A stretch of DNA of 64,000 nucleotides from Lama glama (taxonomy: Eukaryota). Below, piece by piece: positions 24,540-38,004 of this stretch. Numbering within the stretch: position 1 is the stretch's first letter; each line of letters begins with the position of its first letter. The notes under the pieces were generated by a model. It ran no database searches. It was not told where the DNA came from and worked only from the letters and a program-made list of their open reading frames with translations. The stretch spans positions 11,594,001 to 11,658,000 of the forward strand of contig CM052843.1 in the NCBI GenBank assembly GCA_028534125.1, written 5' to 3'. Position numbers and translations under genes: made by a program.

Positions 24540-25010
24540 TATTCTTAAATAAAAAATACAAGCAAAAACTGCAGTAAGATGTTGTTTCTTACCTATCAAT
24601 TTAGTAAAGTGAAGGAATGAATGAAAGAGAGTCTGCCCTTTGTTAATGAGTTTGTGATTAAAGAGCATTTTCATGAACTACTAGTTTGTGGTATGAATTG
24701 GTATTTTCTGAAAATCACTGGCTTCATATATCAGGAGCTTTACCATCAGTCATATCTTTTGACATAGGAATGCCACTCCTGATACTCTTGTCTTAAGGAA
24801 ATAGCTGTGTATCCAGATGAAATTTATGTGCAGAGATTCCCATCATACAGTTTCTAAACAGGGAAACAATGGAAACAGTGCTGTTAAACGGGGAAGAAAT
24901 GGTTAAGTAAATGATGTTATAACAATTACAGTAAGGGAAAAACAGCAGAGTGGGAAATTGTTATATAGAGTTATATTTAATCATGTGTAAAGATACAGAT
25001 AAAAAACACG
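24540..25010 (+). mobile_element. L1ME-type fragment
   Basis: catatcttttgacataggaatgccactcctgatactcttgtcttaaggaaata...ggttaagtaaatgatg resembles the L1ME ORF2 end/3'UTR. Confidence 0.55.
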
Positions 25011-26544
25011 TGAAAGAGATAAACTAAATGAAAATATTAGCTAAACTTTTAAACTAGTAACAAAAGGTACTTCAGCAGTATGTGGGGCGGTAGTGAACTT
25101 AATTTCTCTCGGTTTTCTACTGCTCTCTGTTTTCCAGAATGAACATTTGTTTATTATCTTAGAGAGGAAAATCTAAAAAGAACAGAGTGAATAGTAGCTT
25201 CATTCAAGGGAGACAGGTAGAACAGACATGATTTGAAAGAGCTGCTCCGGATATGAGGTTAAGTTTGGAAACAGGACCTATTCTCACATCTCTAACAAGT
25301 TCCAGGGATAGCAGAATCTTCTTGGGTTGAGTAAGAAAAGGTTTTAATTTTCTTATAGAGATTGTTGATCTGTAAGGTACATCTCTTAAGGGTAAGGATA
25401 ATGTTAATACCCTCTAGCACCTGGTGCTTGATAAGTTCATAGGGAATAAGCGAATGAAAGTTTGCACTAGATTTTGGATGCAGATTGACAAAATAGACCT
25501 CAGCATATCCTTTTGAAGTTAGGTAACATACATATTGATAAGATGGAGAAGACACAGAAATGTGAAGTGCAGTAATCACTAGCTTACTTGATCGGTTTTG
25601 TCCAAAGAATATGTATCTTCGGCATATGCATGTCAATCTTGAAAAAGTGGAGTACTTTATTTTTTAAGACAGATTCGGAGAGGGGGAGAAAAAAGAGTTG
25701 CAGAGCTGAGTAGGGTGGTGTTTAGGACCAGTCATAGACCCTCACTGTGAGGGTCTAGGCCTGGGAAGTGGGACCCTGAACTGCTCACGGAAAGTTGCTC
25801 GTCCGCACTGAAGATCAGGATTGTCCTGGGAACACCATTAACTTGCCATGTAATATTTGAACCTTTGTGTGTACATACCCATTTTATTCTTTATAATTTT
25901 GCCCTTTTTGGGGTTTGTTTTGAAGTGTTTTCCCTAGAAAATCTGAACGTTCCACTCACAGACTCACACAGAATGACAGAAAGATACCTTGGTAGGCAAT
26001 ATTGAGTTAGGCAATATTATAACCATATAATCAGCAGTTTGATTTACCCATAGTTTTACAGAAACTTGGTCCTGGTAATAAATTTAAGTTTCTCTAGGCA
26101 AAGATTTTTCTCCCTAGGTTGAATAATGAGCAAAGGAATGAATGTATCAAATACTCATTTTTAAATTTTATTAAATTTCCAGATCAGGTTATCACTCTCA
26201 TCAGTAATGTTTTGAAAGTTGGCTAATTTTATTCTTTTTCTACCCCAGATGATTTTGCTTTTCATTGTGGTAATTACTTAGGTTTTATCTTACTTTGATA
26301 AGCTTTCTTACTGTTGCTGCATTCAGTGTCCAAATTGCAATTTTATATTTATAACCGCTTCTCATCTATTAGTCATCCATTATATTCTCTCCTGTTTTTA
26401 AAAACATAACAAAGCTGACCAACTCAAAGAAGCTTTTCTCATTAACATCAGTTATCCACCAGTCACTCTGTATAACCATCTTTAGCCAATTGTTCAGTAT
26501 AATAGTGTATTTTCCTATATTTTTCATTAATTTCTCTTTTGTTT

Positions 26545-26670
26545 GTTTCCTATAGATGGTAAACTCTTTGAGGGCAGGGATTATGTTAATCACTGATGTG
26601 TGTGCCAAGTTGGCAGCACACAACTGTATACACAGTGGACTCAATAAATACTCACTGACTAGCTGTTGAA
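26545..26670 (+). mobile_element. L2 3'-end fragment
   Basis: tagatggtaaactctttgagggcagggattatg...cacagtggactcaataaatac. Confidence 0.75.
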
Positions 26671-27004
26671 AAATTTGATGCAGCCTCCCAGAGTGTTTAG
26701 CATAGTGTGAGTAGTTTATGTATTAGTTAAATCTGACTCAGTATTTGGCAGTCGTAGGGTTTCATGTAATGATGGGATACCAGCTTGCCTCTCACTAACG
26801 TCAAGAAAGTACCTAATAAAAGAGCCTTATGACACAGCCTGATGACGGGGATGTTATCTGCACTTGTGGAACCTAGAAGTTCAAGTCTAAAAACATCTTT
26901 AAAACAAATTCTTTGAAATATTTCTGAGGGTCCTGAACACTTCACTTTTTGCGGCTATTATTAGGAATTAGTTGGTTAGTCTCTGCAACTTCAGTAATGA
27001 TTAT

Positions 27005-27240
27005 AGTAATTACTATAATTATCCAGCGCCTACTGTGGACCAAACGCTTCCATATGTGCGTTACATGTGTTTTCTTAAACTCTTAAAAATGCAGGATGGT
27101 GTATATTATTCCCATTTTACAGATGAAGAAACTAAGGCAAAGAGAGGTTAATTAACTTAGGATCATACATACAATAAATGGCAGAAGTCAGTATTTGAAC
27201 TATGATCTGTTGGTTTCCAAAACTTACACAAATTTTACTA
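27005..27240 (-). mobile_element. MIR SINE
   Basis: Clear core: attattcccattttacagatgaagaaactaaggcaaagagaggttaattaactt...ggcagaagtcagtatttgaac. Confidence 0.85.
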
Positions 27241-30200
27241 TGGTTTAATATCTCTCAGTCATGATATCCTCAGAAGATACTAGAGGAAAAACTTTATTTA
27301 AATTCAAATATTGGATCTAACATTTTGAATAATACCCGTAAGTGCTCTTATTGCTCTGACAGTATTGTTTATTATCACACAGTAATTGGTATCTTGCTTA
27401 TGGAAATAAACAGTTTTTTGTATTTGGAATGAATATTGCTTCCTAAGTGAAAAGGAAACTCATAACATTATCTAGTCCATTTGTATTATAATCACTACTG
27501 TTTATCTTAAGTATCACTAAATCTTTATAATAGGCATCAACTCATATTAATAGTCTTGACTAAGATCTAGAGACGTGACTTTGTTGAAAGAAGCAGATGT
27601 CAGTAAGAACAAAACTGGTATCAGTGTACGTGTATTTAATGGAAAACGTGACCGTTTTCTTAGGACTATATTTAGGTGATGTGATGAAATGAAGTTACTG
27701 GCAATTTGTGGATAGATTTATTCACTTGTTCATTTTATCCTCTTCTCAAAGCTGTATTTTTTAACTTAGAGGAAAACATTATTTAAGAAGCTTATTTACA
27801 GAATATATTCTAGCTTAAAAAAACAGAAAAGTATTCCTGGTAACAATAGAAAATGTCAAGCCTCATAGGAAAGAATGCTGTTTTACTTCCTGTTTGGTGA
27901 AGGACAGCCGTGTGGCACAGCCAGCTCTTAGGTGTCCACTCCAGATCTCTTGGATGAGTAATTTCTTGAATATTCTGAAAACAAAACCAGAGTGCTGCTT
28001 TAGAGAGTTCTGTGGCAGCTGAGATAAAGCGTTTGGGAGTTGTGTAGGAAGATGTCGGTCTTCTTGGAGCTGGTCAAGGTAGTTTCATAGGGGACACTCC
28101 CAGGGCTTGGTGAAAATGTGGTCCCTTTAAAACAGCTCATTAAACAGCCCTTGAGCTTGTAAACCAGGTTCAGTCTCCAAATCCTGTAAGTCCTTCTTTT
28201 CAACCACATGGTGCTTTGACTTCCAGAGGAAGCTGGACCTTCAGTCGTCACACCAGCCTAGTTTACCCAGCGTAGATTTTGCCCCAAGCGTACCTCTGGA
28301 GGATCTTTGAAGCATTCCCCCATATTATGCATCACATGGGTGACTCTCTCTAGAAAGCATTTTTTCAATACTTCGGACAGTTCATTATTAACTAAAGAGG
28401 CCCACATTCAAAGGAATGTTTCTTTCGGATTTTTCTGTGTAAGTTATAATCATCTGTTTAACTGGGTTTCTGGCTCCCATCATACTAGACCCCAGCAGGG
28501 CAGTGTTTCATCAGAATCAGATGAGGGCTCTGTTCAGTCCTGAGACCTACTGATTTTTCTTACTATCTTGGTTCCTATCTGGAATGCTTTCAAGACCGCC
28601 AGCTGTGTGGCCTGTTTGAAAGCACGAGGCTTGTGGCAGGAATGTGGGTTTTACCCTGTTAGTGTTGCAAAATCACTTCTTGTGTACAATCTTGCTTTTC
28701 TCGTGCCTCCTATAGTCTGGTTTTAGATTATTTTTCTTGTGGTTTTGGTTTGTGAGTGTGAACTCATGGCTTTCATTTCCTTTATTCCTTTCCCTTCCTT
28801 CACATAGACAGTGAAGAAGGGAATAATTAGGAGATATTTTTGTATTTGTTTACATTGTCAAGCTGCATCGGCAGCTTCCCCTTTGTCTTACAAAAAATAA
28901 ACTCAGGATACTGAAAATATTTGAAATCATTAATTTTAACTTACACTCTCAGCAATTCTTTCACTATTTTGGTTTAAATATGGTTATAATTTAGAAGGTG
29001 TGGACATTAAAGAATTTACCCACAAATGGCACCATCCTTACACAACTACTTTTAGTGTTTTACTGTATTTTAAGTCTCTAAGAGGTTATTCTATTTGTTT
29101 TGTTTTTTAAGTGCTTTTGCTGGGAATGAAATTCATAGATTGGAATTTGACCTCATTTTCTCAACCCTTTCTTTTCCTTGGCGGTGTTGAATGCCCAAAG
29201 AAATAGCCAACATAAAAGTGGGAAAAAAATACCAGGTGGAAGGACTTTCGTATTATCAACAAGCTAGATGATCAGTGCTTTATAGCCAGTATTAAATAAT
29301 CTGATTTCTGTAAGATATGTAATCAAGAAGTGAGGCACCAGGCCCTGTCTTCTTTAGCACTCCACTGCTTTTCTCCCCTGCAGTCTCTTACTGAACTTGT
29401 TGGACACTGGGGGCATTCAGTTGGACGGAAAGGCTCCAACAACTAGGAGTGAGTAGCGTCAGTCCACAGGGTTTATCATCTCTGCGCTCCTCTTAGGTAA
29501 GAGGGCTGTTGACTTGAAGCAGGAAACGTCCTCTGGAGAGCACTGATAGTTTCTGTCCTCGGCCTGAGGCGACACACCCATGGGAAACGGCTGCTCCTCA
29601 AAGTTAGAAGGCAGCTGTGGCGGACAGTGGTCTTCCTCACACCTGCAACGCTACAATTCCAGTGTTTTCAAAAAAGAAGCTCAACGAGTGATGAAAAGTA
29701 GGTTCAGATGTCGATCTTTTCCATTAGACTTACTTTTTTAAAATTATATTTTACATTTAGGAAATAAAGGTTGCTTGGTTCCATATTTAAAGAGCATTTC
29801 AGGACCCTCACTTGCTAGTGTTTTCCTTGAGATGAACTGAAGGCGAGTAAATGCTTCTGCGTTTTTGTTCCAGTTGGCGCCCTGCAGAGTGCAGGCTGAC
29901 TTAGTTCTTTCTCTCACAGGCTTGTTAGGCCATGGAGTTTGGGTACTTTCATCTTTTTAATGTGGCCTTCCAAAAAATGCTGTTTATTATTATTTCTGAA
30001 GTGGGTTTAGATGTGTGTTAATCCTTAACCTAGCACTTGAAGGCTAAAGTCATTTGCACAAAGGTGACTTTTATTTACTCCATAGCCAAAAATAGGATAA
30101 CTGTAGGTTGCTGAACATACTATATACTGTGATGCCTTTCTGTGTCTTTTTGTGGTATTCTGTGCTTTATTTTAAAACATGACTTGTTCATGTATTTGTG

Positions 30201-31944
30201 GACAAGGAAGTGGCTTTTGAAGTTTACCCCGTATCTGAGAACTGTTTATGGCCTGCTGAACAGAATTACTTTCTAAATTCTTAAAATGGATATAACAGAG
30301 GGGGGAGTAGAGAAACCTGTGTCTCTTTAAGGACTAAGGAGAACTGAAATATCTAAAATCTTCTAGGCAACATTGACGGCTTCTATTTCTAAAAATAGTT
30401 TTTCCATGTACCTTTAAAAACAGATACATAACGTATTCTGCTATAATTTCTTTCATTTTTAAACCGAAATTTGATTTGTGAATTACGTAAGCATTACGTT
30501 TCGTACACGTGAGGGGAAGGATGAGGTCTGAGACTAGAACCCATAATCTCTTATTTTCTCAAAATAGCTCTTTTCACTGTCCCATGTCACACTATTACCA
30601 GTGACAAGTCATACCTCTTTGCTTGGAGTGGTAAGTTATACCACTTTTAAAATACCATTACTAAAAACAGCTCAAGTTTCTAAGCTGCCTTACATTTTCA
30701 GAAGCATTTGAAAGTATTTTTGGACTTGCTAAACACTATTAGATGGAAGTAAAAAAAGATGTGCTTGGTTAATTTGTATTAGGGAACTCATAGTTATCTG
30801 GAGGAAGGGTTAAAAGAGCCTGATCCCTTTGGGAATTAAATAAAATCAGCTAGTGTTATAAAATCATGAGCATAAGATAAATTGAGATGAGCTAATTAAC
30901 TTTTGCCTCAGAGTTTACTGTTTTATAAATAGGGCAAAACCTATGCTTAGAGTTACTTCCATGTTGCTGGTAGGTTAACTGGGCTTAATGGGAAGGTAAT
31001 TTGGCTCATCCTTACCCATAATTGCTCGCTCTCTATTTTTGGCACAAATCCCTATAATAGTTCAACATTGATTCAAATGTTATTTCTCTGATGAACACCC
31101 CCCAACCCCCATTATCTGTCTTTGCGAATACACTTCCATCTGAAGTGCGGTCTCCTCTCATATTCCTTAGTATCAGTTCCGGGTGTTTGATTTAGTGTGA
31201 CAGTTGGAGGAAACCTGTTAATATGATGTTATTTGTGTCACTGAGAGTGTATTTTAAGATTATGAGAAGATTTTTTGGCATAGTTCTCTATTCGGAGTTG
31301 TTCTTGATTCTAAATATAATATTAGACTAGCAACTTTTCAGGAAAAATAAAAAGAAACACTGCCACTGTAACAAGTTTTAAGATACTTCATTTTTTTCCC
31401 AGAAAATAAGTGTGCTTGGGAAGTAAGGAAAGGCTGTAGTAATTTTGTGTTTTATTTAGCAAATGGATATGTTTCTTAAATTTACAGAAGTATTTTCCAG
31501 GAGGGGTTCATCGGAACAAACGTGCGTTAGAATGTCAATTGCTGTTTTTTCAAAAATGAAATGTATATTGATCAACAACTTTGTAAAATGCCAGATAAGC
31601 TAAAAAGCTTCTGTGTGTTGTTAAATCTACAAATATTCCAAAACTTGTTTTATTACAGACACCCTTTTGTCAAGGAATATACATCAATTTATGAGACCGA
31701 TATGTGGTGATATTTTTATTACATGTTTAAGCTACTGGGATTTTCTTATTCCAGGAACCCTGAAAATATTTTGAAACATAAAGGCCTAAAATTGTATCAT
31801 CTTAGGGAATTTAAGACGTGACATTGTGATTTAAAGAAGCAGTGTAGCCATTTAAAAATAACACCATGTTATTTTTTCCCTCTTTACTAGTATATAATTT
31901 ATTTTTTCGTTCTCATGGATTTAAAAGTGGCTTTTCTGGAAATT

Positions 31945-32115
31945 TGAGCACTGAGCCAGAGGCCAGTCGATCTGATTTCTAGTCTTTTTCGGCTGAATGA
32001 CTTTAATCAAATCACATAACCTCACTGAGGCTCCCTCTTGACATTTGCTTAAGGCACGTAATAATTACAGACTCAGTCTGTATTTCCTCCCAGAATCATC
32101 GTAAAGATAAAATAA
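31945..32115 (+). mobile_element. MIR fragment
   Basis: gactttaatcaaatcacataacctcactgaggctc...cctcccagaatcatcgtaaagataaaat. Confidence 0.5.
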
Positions 32116-32244
32116 GAGGAAAAGAATCTATCTGTAGATTATCTGTAAGATTAGGGAAATAATTGTGCCTCAGCAAGTGGAAGATGCAAGTGTTTTAAAG
32201 CTTTATTTATTTGAACTAATGGCTCTATATTTGAGGTGGGTAGA

Positions 32245-32390
32245 CTTTTTTAGAGTTGAAGCAGATAATTGTGCCACTCTCTCTTTTTGTCATTGAGGAA
32301 ACTGAGACCTAGAGATAAGTGACTGGCCTTGGGTCTTACCCGGAGACCAGACGGCCAGGTCCCCTGACCCGCGCTCCAACGCTGTGCTGG
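32245..32390 (-). mobile_element. MIR (MIRb/c-like) fragment
   Basis: tgaggaaactgagacctagagataagtgactggccttgggtc...ccaggtcccctgacc. Confidence 0.7.
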
Positions 32391-34004
32391 CCTCAGACCA
32401 GTCTGGAAGCGGGGACAACCAGCTACCTGTTGTCAGATACTCTTGTATATCTTCCTCCCAGATTGCTTTCTGTAATGCAATGTTAGTATTATCATTTTTA
32501 AGTTCCTAATTATGTTATTGTTCAGGACTCTGTTTTGACTTTTATAGTATATTTTAGATAAAATATTGATGAGTTACTTTTTAGTAATGAGAATTTTTTT
32601 TCTTCTGTGTCATGTTTTAAAAAAATTCTGACAAATTACCATGTAATGTGCTAAAACTGAAATTATGAGAGCAAAGATAAACCAAGGCCGTTTATAATTT
32701 GGGTTCCTGTTTTATTGCTACTGATCTTTATTTACTGTTTTGGCATTTAGAGCATGGAGAATTTGTTAACTCCCTCCCCCCCAATGTTTTGGAGAAAAAG
32801 AATGAGAAGATATATTTCTCGATGACCGCTTTTGAAAATGTTATCCTTTTTTCTTTGCCTCAGGTACTTACTAAGACAGAAAATAGCACTGCTTATTTTT
32901 ATTGGCCACACTTGAAAAATGAGTAAGAAATAAACGTGTTATCAGTCAACACACATTTGCCGAGTACTTTGTGCAGAGGCCTTGTACTAGGTGCTGGTGA
33001 TTTTGAGACATACTGTGTGTGGTCTCTTGCCCAAGAGGCCATGAGCATACTTATTTACCATTTTATTCTTTTACAGTGTGAGATCAAACGTTTTCCTGTA
33101 TTTAAAAATGCCTGAGAGAAAAATTTTCTCTATTTGTGTTCTTTTTGACTTCATGTGAAATTTGAATAGAGAAACACTGCAAATAGGAAAAGTGTGAATA
33201 ATTTTAGAATCCGGAGAATAATATTATGAAAGGTTAAATTGTCTATGCTTTAATAAAAGAGGCAGTTAAAATTATTTTAGTCACTGGAATATAGTAAGTC
33301 TGTTTGTTTAAACTGTCACACACCTAGACAGAAATAAATCTTGTTAAAACAGCAGCTCGCTGCTGACCTTACTTGCTTGGCCCGTTCTGGGTGCCCAGAC
33401 CTTGACTGCACTAAAGCAGCAAAGGTCTGCTCGGCCTATTTGTAATCATATCTTTAAAAGTTTCTTTAACCTGATACTTTATGAAGAAAAGATAAAAAGG
33501 ATTAGTTACGCATGCCTTGAATTTATAGTCTAAAGTGAGAACCCCAGCATCCGATTGTGCTACAGTTAAGCATGTTTAGATACTACAAATGACCTTTTGT
33601 GGGGTTTGGATTCCATCTTCACTTCCTTCTCACAGAGGAACTCAAAACCTGGGTCACTTTATGAGATCCGTCTGCATTTTGATTTGATCTGAATTGTTCA
33701 TTCTGTTATTTTTTGTGCAGAACAATAAAAAATAACACAGGGAGACACTAGATACATAATACTTTCTAAGCTCCTTGAAGTCTGGGCTTTTTTTTTTTTT
33801 TTCCAATCATCTCCAGAGCCTGTGTATATCCTTGTTTACAGATCCTGGTATTATAAATATTTACTGGATAAGTGAGTGAATAGATTTATATTTATCTTTA
33901 TGCATCATAATCCTCTTTTGTGTCTGATGTCGTTCTGATTTACAGCTAGTCTGCCTGAGACATTTTAATTTTTGCTTTAAAGTCCTTATTAGTATTTATT
34001 AAAA

Positions 34005-34440
34005 AGGGATTAGTTTTTATTCTGGTTATCTGTTACTTAAAACGATAATTTATTATTTTCTCATCATTCTGTGGATTAGGAATTTGGACAGGGCATGGCA
34101 GGGATGGCTTGTGTCTGCTCTGCGACGTCTGGAGTCTCAGCTGGGATGATGAGAAACTGTTATGGGCTAGCACAGCATGGAGCTGGCTGGGCATCTCTTT
34201 TTTATATGGCCTCTTCACATGGTGAGGTTTGGTTTACTTACAGTACAGTGGCTTCCAGATTGTAAGACAAAGGGTTTCAGGCTGGAGATTCAAGGCTCCA
34301 AAGCCCCAGAATATCACTTCTGCCACCTTTCGGTCCAGTCAATCATTAAAGCCACTCCAGTTTCAAGGGAAGGGCAGTTAAACTTCATTTTTCAGTGGGA
34401 GGAGTATCAAAGAGTTCATTGCCATCATTAGTCTTCCACA
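34005..34440 (-). mobile_element. ERVL-MaLR solo LTR (MLT1F/G/H-like)
   Basis: cttaaaacgataatttattattttctcatcattctgtggattaggaatttggacagggcatggcagggatggcttgtgtctgctc...atcacttctgccac...ttcaagggaaggg, ending in ccaca (the TGTGG LTR start on the minus strand). Confidence 0.8.
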
Positions 34441-34550
34441 GCTCTGTTCTTTATGTATTATTGTCATCATTATGATTATCCTCTTTAGGCTGTGGTTTAT
34501 TCTAGGATGGTCAGCAAAATGTCTACTTCTCAGTGCTGAGGTGACTGCCT

Positions 34551-34602
34551 AGAGGGAGGGAGGGAGAGAGAGATGGGAAAAGAGAGAGAGAGAGAGGGAG
34601 AA
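34551..34602. repeat. GA-rich low-complexity tract
   Basis: agagggagggagggagagagagatgggaaaagagagagagagagagggagaa. Confidence 0.9.
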
Positions 34603-35494
34603 CGTATAAAACAAAATCAGATTTACTAACTAAATATAAATAAAACTACCAAATCAATGAGATTTAACTTATCAGCACCATGCAGTGTTGTGTGGCTGTG
34701 ACAGACATGCTATTTACAACTGCGGGGCTCAGGTTCCATCGAGTTCAGCATATACTACAATTAGTGGTGTGGCGATGCCTCTCATCTCCCCCATTTTTTT
34801 TCTTTCCTTGAATTTATTGAAAACTTTGCTCCTTAAGATTTGATATCAAAGATAGTAAAATAATACTAGTCCCTAATCCAATCATAAACACAAATCCAAG
34901 GACTGAAATTAAATGGCAGGAGGCAATCAGCTATATGTGTAATTGGTGATATCCCTGTGTTAAATAATTTTAGATTGTCATCGGAGTGAAAATACGATAT
35001 TAGAAAATTTTATGGGCATTTCCTGGACATTTATATACATTCTTGGTCTTGAGAAAAAATTCAGCTCCAATAGGTTGTTTTCCTAGCTGTCTCCCCACTT
35101 AGGGTTTAGACTTGTTTTATTTTTTTTTTTTAATGCAATTCCTCATGTCAGATTAAGTCCCCATTTTGTCACAGCCTTTAAATTTTTGCCTTCACCTCTG
35201 TCTTGACCCTACAGTATTGTAGCACTTCTTCCATTTTCTTTGCTTAGAGAAGCACAACAAGCCAGTAACTGAATAATCTTGTTAGTGAAACATTTTAGGG
35301 CAATTTGTTGGGTTGTATTGGGTGAATTCATTGGGTGAATTGATGCTTGGGGCTGTTTTTGTAGTAGCTGGTTGTTAGAAAGCATCTTCTTGATACCAGC
35401 TCTTTTCTTCTGGGGAGAATAAGGAGGTGGGTGGGCTAGAGGGTGTGGAGGAGTGGAGCCTGGCAGGAGGAGCAGGGGTAGAGACAGCAGGGCT

Positions 35495-35665
35495 AGGGTG
35501 GAAGTCTTGATTCAGAAAGACCTCGATTCCACATGTGGTTCTTCCTCTTGCTTTTCCTCGAGGAAATCACTTAACTTCTCTGACTTGCACTTTCCTTATC
35601 TGCGAAATAGAATTGATAGGTGCCTGTTTATGGAAAATATTAAAAGCAATGCTCGTGAAATCTGT
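35495..35665 (+). mobile_element. MIR SINE
   Basis: tcagaaagacctcgattcca...aaatcacttaacttctctgacttgcactttccttatctgcgaaatag. Confidence 0.7.
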
Positions 35666-36014
35666 ATCAGAGTAACTGACACCTGATACACAACAACACA
35701 AGGTGGCTCTCCTTGTTGTTCTGTATGTTTTGCACTTAGACCAATCATTTGCAGATCTTCCAAGTTCTGTTTGTGTTTTGTGTGGTTAGGTATTTTAACC
35801 TTAAATTCTAGATTCACAACTAAGTTACAAGCCTCTCATACCTTTCAGTGTGCTTGGTGCCCTTCTGTGGTGGGAAAGTAGACACGCATTTGATGATGAT
35901 TTCTGTAGCAGACAATTAAGACATGATGGCAAGGCCAGCTTTTCTAGGATAATATTTGTTTCTGGGTTCACAGAAACTCCATTGGTGAGCGGCAGTCCTG
36001 TCGTTGTCAGGAGA

Positions 36015-36110
36015 GGTACTGATCTCTTTGAGCCTCAGTCTTCCATCTTGGAAAACTGAGTAGTTACGATAGATTATTTCCAGGATTCTTCCAGACCTAA
36101 ATTTTGATGC
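36015..36110 (+). mobile_element. MIR3/MIRc-like fragment
   Basis: ctctttgagcctcagtcttccatcttggaaaa...tagattatttccaggattcttccag...ctaaattttgatg. Confidence 0.6.
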
Positions 36111-36682
36111 AAAATGGTGTTTTTGCCACAGGATCCAGTTTTCTCCATTGTTCCTCCATGTTTTTGTCAAAACCTAGACACAGTAAAATGAAAAATTGCA
36201 TTTTAAGTTTTTTAACAAAATGGGAAACTGTAGGTTCACACAATGAATCCCGTTTATGATGAAGTATCTTTTTTGGTAATAATTCTTCTGAGTCACAGTT
36301 GAACCCATGATATGACTCAGTGAAGTCACATATAGAGAGAGAGCGCGTGCGCAAATTGGACTAGGTAGGTACTAACGGAACTCCAAGGTGAAGCTCTCCG
36401 TTTTCCGCTTAGTAAGTTGCAGTGATTTTCTCCTAGTAGTCCAGTGCTCATTTTTGGAATACCATATTCTTTGTGGAACTCTATAAAATATTGCTACACT
36501 TAATTATATCACATAAAATTGTAATTTTACCCAAAGGGGAAGAAAACTTATCTGTGATATAAAACTACAACTGTGAACAAACATTATCCACACATGTGAG
36601 CCGTTTTCAGCTTGGAAGAAAAACACCATTGTTTCGGTGCTTGCTATATTTTTTTGTTTTCAGCGGATCAGAGCTGCCTAGC

Positions 36683-36790
36683 CAGCAGTCAGAGTGGTAG
36701 GAACGTGGGCCTGGAGTCAGGTGGACGAGGGTTTAATATCTTTGACTTTAGACAAGTTGTGTTACCTCTTCTTGGCTATACAGTGGGTAT
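36683..36790 (+). mobile_element. MIR fragment
   Basis: agtggtaggaacgtgggcctggagtcag...gactttagacaagtt. Confidence 0.5.
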
Positions 36791-38004
36791 TTTGTAATAT
36801 CTTCCTTTTTAAGAAGACGTTCTCCTACCTTCTTTCATATTGAGTGTAGGCTTTCTTTCTTTCTTTTTTTTCCTTCAAATTTAAAGAATGTACCCTGTAT
36901 TATGTTGAGATGGTGACTATCTTAGTGTGGTTATACCCTGTTGAAAGCTGCGGCCTGGCTTCCCTGTAGGGGGTGAGAATTGGCAGGCCCAGTCATTTGG
37001 GGAAGAGGCTGGTCCTCAGGGAGGAAAGAGAAACTCAGAAGGGGAGCTTTGGTGGACAGAAGGTCTGTGCCAGTCCTTGTGATACTAGTTTTGAGGGTAC
37101 TGCTAGGTATCGGGGCTTACAGACTACCCCATCCTATGTCGACAGATCATATAGTTTTAATGTTACTTTTGATTCACCTCCTTTTGTTACCCAGAGTCTT
37201 GAGGTAATTATACAGGCTTGTCTGCCTTGTACTCGGGGATATGAGGAGAGGCTTCTAGGCTCATTTTCTATCAGCTAGAGTAGTCACTACAGCATTAATT
37301 AGGGTCGGTTTCAGAGAGGAGTTCACAGCCTTATTCTTTCTCCCTAAGTAGATTTTTTCTCTCAGTTGTTAACATTTGCAGGGTATATATTTTATTTTAT
37401 TGAGAAAGGTAGACATTTCCTCTCAATGGTTTATTATAAGAAATAAATTGATAATTTATGGAAATCCTCTACTATTCTAGTATATACAGTAAGCCTGTTT
37501 TCATTTCAAGGAGAATAAATGGGAACATTAAGGGCAAAATTATTTACATTACTGGGACCAAAAGCAGTTAAAATTCTACTCCTAGTTTTTTGGGGGTCTG
37601 CCTTTAATTTCTGATTGGTTGTCCGGTTGGCATGTTCTAGTCTTGGTAGGGGTCATCCCTGAGTCTTTTGTTTCTGTTTAAGAAAGATTAAGTTCTGCTC
37701 AATAACTTACTGTTTCTTTGCTCTCCTCTAATTCTATTAAAGACTATTATTGTATGAATTTGGGGGCTGAGCACCCTAATTAAAGCTCCAGGACTTTTGT
37801 AGGAGCGTTATTTAAAAATCTTTAGTCCAACAGCAGATTGTCTTCTTAGTCAAAGGTGGATAAAACCTTACCCTTGCCCTCCAGAAGCTCCCAGTCTACA
37901 GAAGAAGATAAAGTTGAGATAAGGTAATCATGATGGTGATCATTTGCATGTGCTGTCTTCAGATCCTTATTTTGTATTCATTTGTCAACACCTTAACTTT
38001 TCTC

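Noticed and set aside
25993-26020. Short direct repeats (TAGGCAATATT x2; also ATTGGGTGAATT x2 near 35317)
   Set aside because: Ordinary slippage micro-duplications with only two units.
31945-32390. Adjacent inverted MIR pair as a dsRNA hairpin
   Set aside because: The copies are too diverged for stable pairing.
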